Source: a bacterium (GTDB taxonomy: Bacteria; Patescibacteriota; Minisyncoccia; Phycocordibacterales; Phycocordibacteraceae). From it: a stretch of 64,000 nucleotides of DNA. Positions 62,149 to 64,000 of this stretch are shown here, piece by piece. The position numbers and the translations under genes were made by a program. The DNA lies in assembly GCA_021836725.1 (NCBI GenBank), contig JAKBHL010000011.1:18210-82209 (forward strand). The letters are read 5' to 3'. A model generated the notes under the pieces. The model was not told the DNA's origin and made no database searches. It saw only the letters and a list, made by a program, of their open reading frames with translations. How positions within the stretch are numbered: position 1 is the first letter of the stretch; each line of letters starts with the position of its first letter.

Positions 62149-64000
62149 GTGAAATACCTGGAAGGATTGAATGACGCGCAACGACGCGCGGTTCTCGCCG
62201 TAGACGGTCCGGTATCGGTTCTTGCGGGAGCGGGGAGCGGGAAAACGCGCGTGCTTACGACGCGCATCTATCACCTCGTCCGCGAAGGCGTTCCTCCGGA
62301 AGAGATACTCGCGGTTACGTTTACCAATAAGGCCGCGCGGGAGATGCGCGAGCGGGTCCGCGCGATGCTCGGGGAAGAACATGCCGCGACAGCCCCTTTC
62401 ATAGCGACCTTTCACGGTCTCGGGCGCGAGCTTCTCGAGTCCTACGGAAGCGCAATCGGCATACCGCGTTTTTTCAGCGTCTACGATCGCGATGATTCGG
62501 AGAAAGCGATTGCCGCGGCGCTCAAAGCGCTCGATGTCTCGGCGAAAGAGCTTTCGCCGCGCGCAGTGTTGAGCCGCATCTCGCGCTCAAAGGGCGAGGG
62601 GGTTCGCGCGCGCGAGTTCTACGAGAAACACGCGCGCGGCAGCTTCGGCGGACGCATTGTCGCGGAGGCGTGGCTTCGCTACGAGACAACGCTCAAAGAA
62701 GAGAAGGCGCTCGACTTCGACGATCTCATCGCCGTACCGTTACGGCTCCTTGAAGAGCATGCCGATATCCGCGAACGTGCGCAGAATCGCTGGCGCTATA
62801 TCCACATCGACGAATACCAGGACACGAACGCGCTGCAGGGACGCCTCGCCGACCTGCTCACGCAGAAGCACCGGAATATCTTTGTCGTCGGTGATATCGA
62901 TCAATGCCTCGTTGCCGGGACCAAAGTCACATTGCCGGATGGTTCAACGTCTTCGATAGAGAGTATCAAGAAGAACGATCTCGTCCTCTCGAACTACGGT
63001 AGCGGCGACCTGCGCCCGTCTCGCGTCACGCGCGTCTCGTCGAGGAAGGTGTCAGGCGAGCTCATCCGCATGGTGACAAAGAGCGGCCGCGTTCTCGTGA
63101 GCACGGCAGACCATATGCATTTTGCGGGCTATCGACTCGGTATCACGCCGCAACTCCACTTCACATACCTTATGTTTAAGAAAGGGAAAGGATGGCGGCT
63201 CGGCGTCTCGCAAACGTACACGAACGGCCAACGCGCGTCGATGATCGGATTTCAGCAGCGTTGCAATCAGGAACACGGCGATATGGTCTGGGTTGTCGGC
63301 ACGCACCGGACGTCGCAGGAAGCGCACGTGCTCGAGTACCAGCTTTCGCTTCGGTACGCGATTCCGACATTGCCGTTTATCGCGCGAAAAGGGAGCACGG
63401 GAGGATATGTGCATGACCAGGAGATGCTTGACCGGATATTCGCCTCGTTCGATACGGAAACGGGAGCGCGGCGGCTCTTGAAGGATCATGGGCTTTCGAG
63501 AGAATACTCGCACCATCGTGCGCAGGCGACGCGAAGCGACCGGCGCAATATCGTCGTTACGTTGTGCGGCGACCGTCGTGCCACAGCGCCGCTGCACCAG
63601 ATTTCTATTGTCGGTAGCGATCCGAAAGGGAAGCGAGCGCTTCAAGCGGCCGGATTTTCCGTGCGCCGCGCGAAAGCGGGATCAAAAGCGTGGCGATTCG
63701 AAACGGCATATAAAGAATACGGAAAGCTCCTCGCAGTGGTCGGCAGGCTGCAGGAAATATTTCAGGACGCCGTACTGGTGCGTACAGCTCGACTCGGCGG
63801 GAGAAAAATGCGTCTGAAAGACGGCAATTCGCTACCCCTCCTTCCCGCGGCAAGCGTGCGTCCGGGCATGGCGCTCTTCGACGAGGAGGGCGGGTTCGAT
63901 ATCGTGCAGGAAGTGACACGCGTGGCCTCCGCGCTCACGCGCGTCTACGACCTTGACATCGAGTATACGCATAACTTCATAGCGAATGGCATCGTGACGC
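62149..64000 (+). CDS. uvrD: ATP-dependent DNA helicase PcrA/UvrD, interrupted by an intein (runs off the 3' window edge)
   Basis: VKYLEGLNDAQRRAV...LAGAGSGKTRVLT (motif I), ...IHIDEYQDTN (motif II), ...FVVGDIDQ then CLVAGTKVTL... (intein block A) ... VYDLDIEYTHNFIANGIVT (intein C-terminal block) at the window end. No Met start; GTG at 62149 is assumed. Confidence 0.8.
   Translation, partial: MKYLEGLNDAQRRAVLAVDGPVSVLAGAGSGKTRVLTTRIYHLVREGVPPEEILAVTFTNKAAREMRERVRAMLGEEHAATAPFIATFHGLGRELLESYGSAIGIPRFFSVYDRDDSEKAIAAALKALDVSAKELSPRAVLSRISRSKGEGVRAREFYEKHARGSFGGRIVAEAWLRYETTLKEEKALDFDDLIAVPLRLLEEHADIRERAQNRWRYIHIDEYQDTNALQGRLADLLTQKHRNIFVVGDIDQCLVAGTKVTLPDGSTSSIESIKKNDLVLSNYGSGDLRPSRVTRVSSRKVSGELIRMVTKSGRVLVSTADHMHFAGYRLGITPQLHFTYLMFKKGKGWRLGVSQTYTNGQRASMIGFQQRCNQEHGDMVWVVGTHRTSQEAHVLEYQLSLRYAIPTLPFIARKGSTGGYVHDQEMLDRIFASFDTETGARRLLKDHGLSREYSHHRAQATRSDRRNIVVTLCGDRRATAPLHQISIVGSDPKGKRALQAAGFSVRRAKAGSKAWRFETAYKEYGKLLAVVGRLQEIFQDAVLVRTARLGGRKMRLKDGNSLPLLPAASVRPGMALFDEEGGFDIVQEVTRVASALTRVYDLDIEYTHNFIANGIVT
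62905..64000 (+). mobile_element. intein (Hint N- and C-terminal blocks, at least 365 aa) inserted in helicase motif III
   Basis: Cys1 at 62905-62907 directly after VGDIDQ. Block B ...VLVSTADHMHFAG. The C-terminal ...THNFIANGIVT continues past the window. Central endonuclease motifs are not clearly recognisable. Confidence 0.7.

Noticed and set aside
63052-63645. 197-aa minus-strand ORF (and the 62074..62415 and 62657..62959 ORFs)
   Set aside because: They lie antisense or out of frame within the continuous PcrA/UvrD-intein reading frame, which has clear helicase and intein motifs.
1-64000. CRISPR arrays, rRNA genes, prophage or transposase genes
   Set aside because: No regularly spaced direct repeats with unique spacers were found. 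No 16S/23S/5S-like conserved stretches and no integrase/transposase ORF other than the xerC-like recombinase appear. The dispersed repeats present are MITE-like palindromes and tRNA-derived fragments.

Overview
This 64 kb window is high-GC (~60%), gene-dense chromosome of a small-genome bacterium. It contains the replication origin: rpmH-rnpA-yidC lies divergent from dnaA-dnaN, and DnaA boxes sit in the dnaA-dnaN spacer. Gene content is consistent with a Patescibacteria/CPR-like lineage. The short YidC, RNase Y, ComEC/ComM competence genes, type IV pilus machinery, and ten tRNA genes that do not encode CCA (a cca gene is present) point that way, but this is inference. Housekeeping genes include ruvX, rpsT, ruvA/B/C, yebC, a Mur ligase, holA, polA, tsaE, PBP1A, dnaN, dnaA, zwf, rpmB, sodA, rnhA, recJ, pgk, tpiA, nusA, ppa, clpP, rny, hup, cca, xth, xerC-like, rpsO, a DksA-like protein, comM and a PcrA/UvrD helicase. 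Four items are unusual. (1) All on the minus strand and next to oriC is a minimal type-IV-secretion-like module: a PrgI/VirB3-like protein, a VirB4 ATPase split into two ORFs, a polytopic membrane protein, secreted proteins, and a low-GC T4SS-pilin-like gene fused to a Cys-rich domain. (2) A complete type IV pilus locus (PilB, PilC, a pilin and large pseudopilin-like proteins), plus a second lone PilB-like ATPase. (3) A MITE-like palindromic repeat of about 150 bp with terminal inverted repeats, in four full copies and one partial copy. (4) At two different tRNA loci (Arg and Gly), inverted copies of the tRNA 3' end that carry a similar GC-rich hairpin inserted between the T-stem and acceptor stem. 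Other noteworthy items are a large intein in helicase motif III of PcrA/UvrD, a low-GC homing-endonuclease-like gene sitting between tRNAs, a low-GC PAPS-reductase-like gene beside tRNA-derived repeats, comEC overlapped convergently by sodA, and a ~460 bp highly structured non-coding region between cca and xth. No CRISPR array or rRNA gene was seen.
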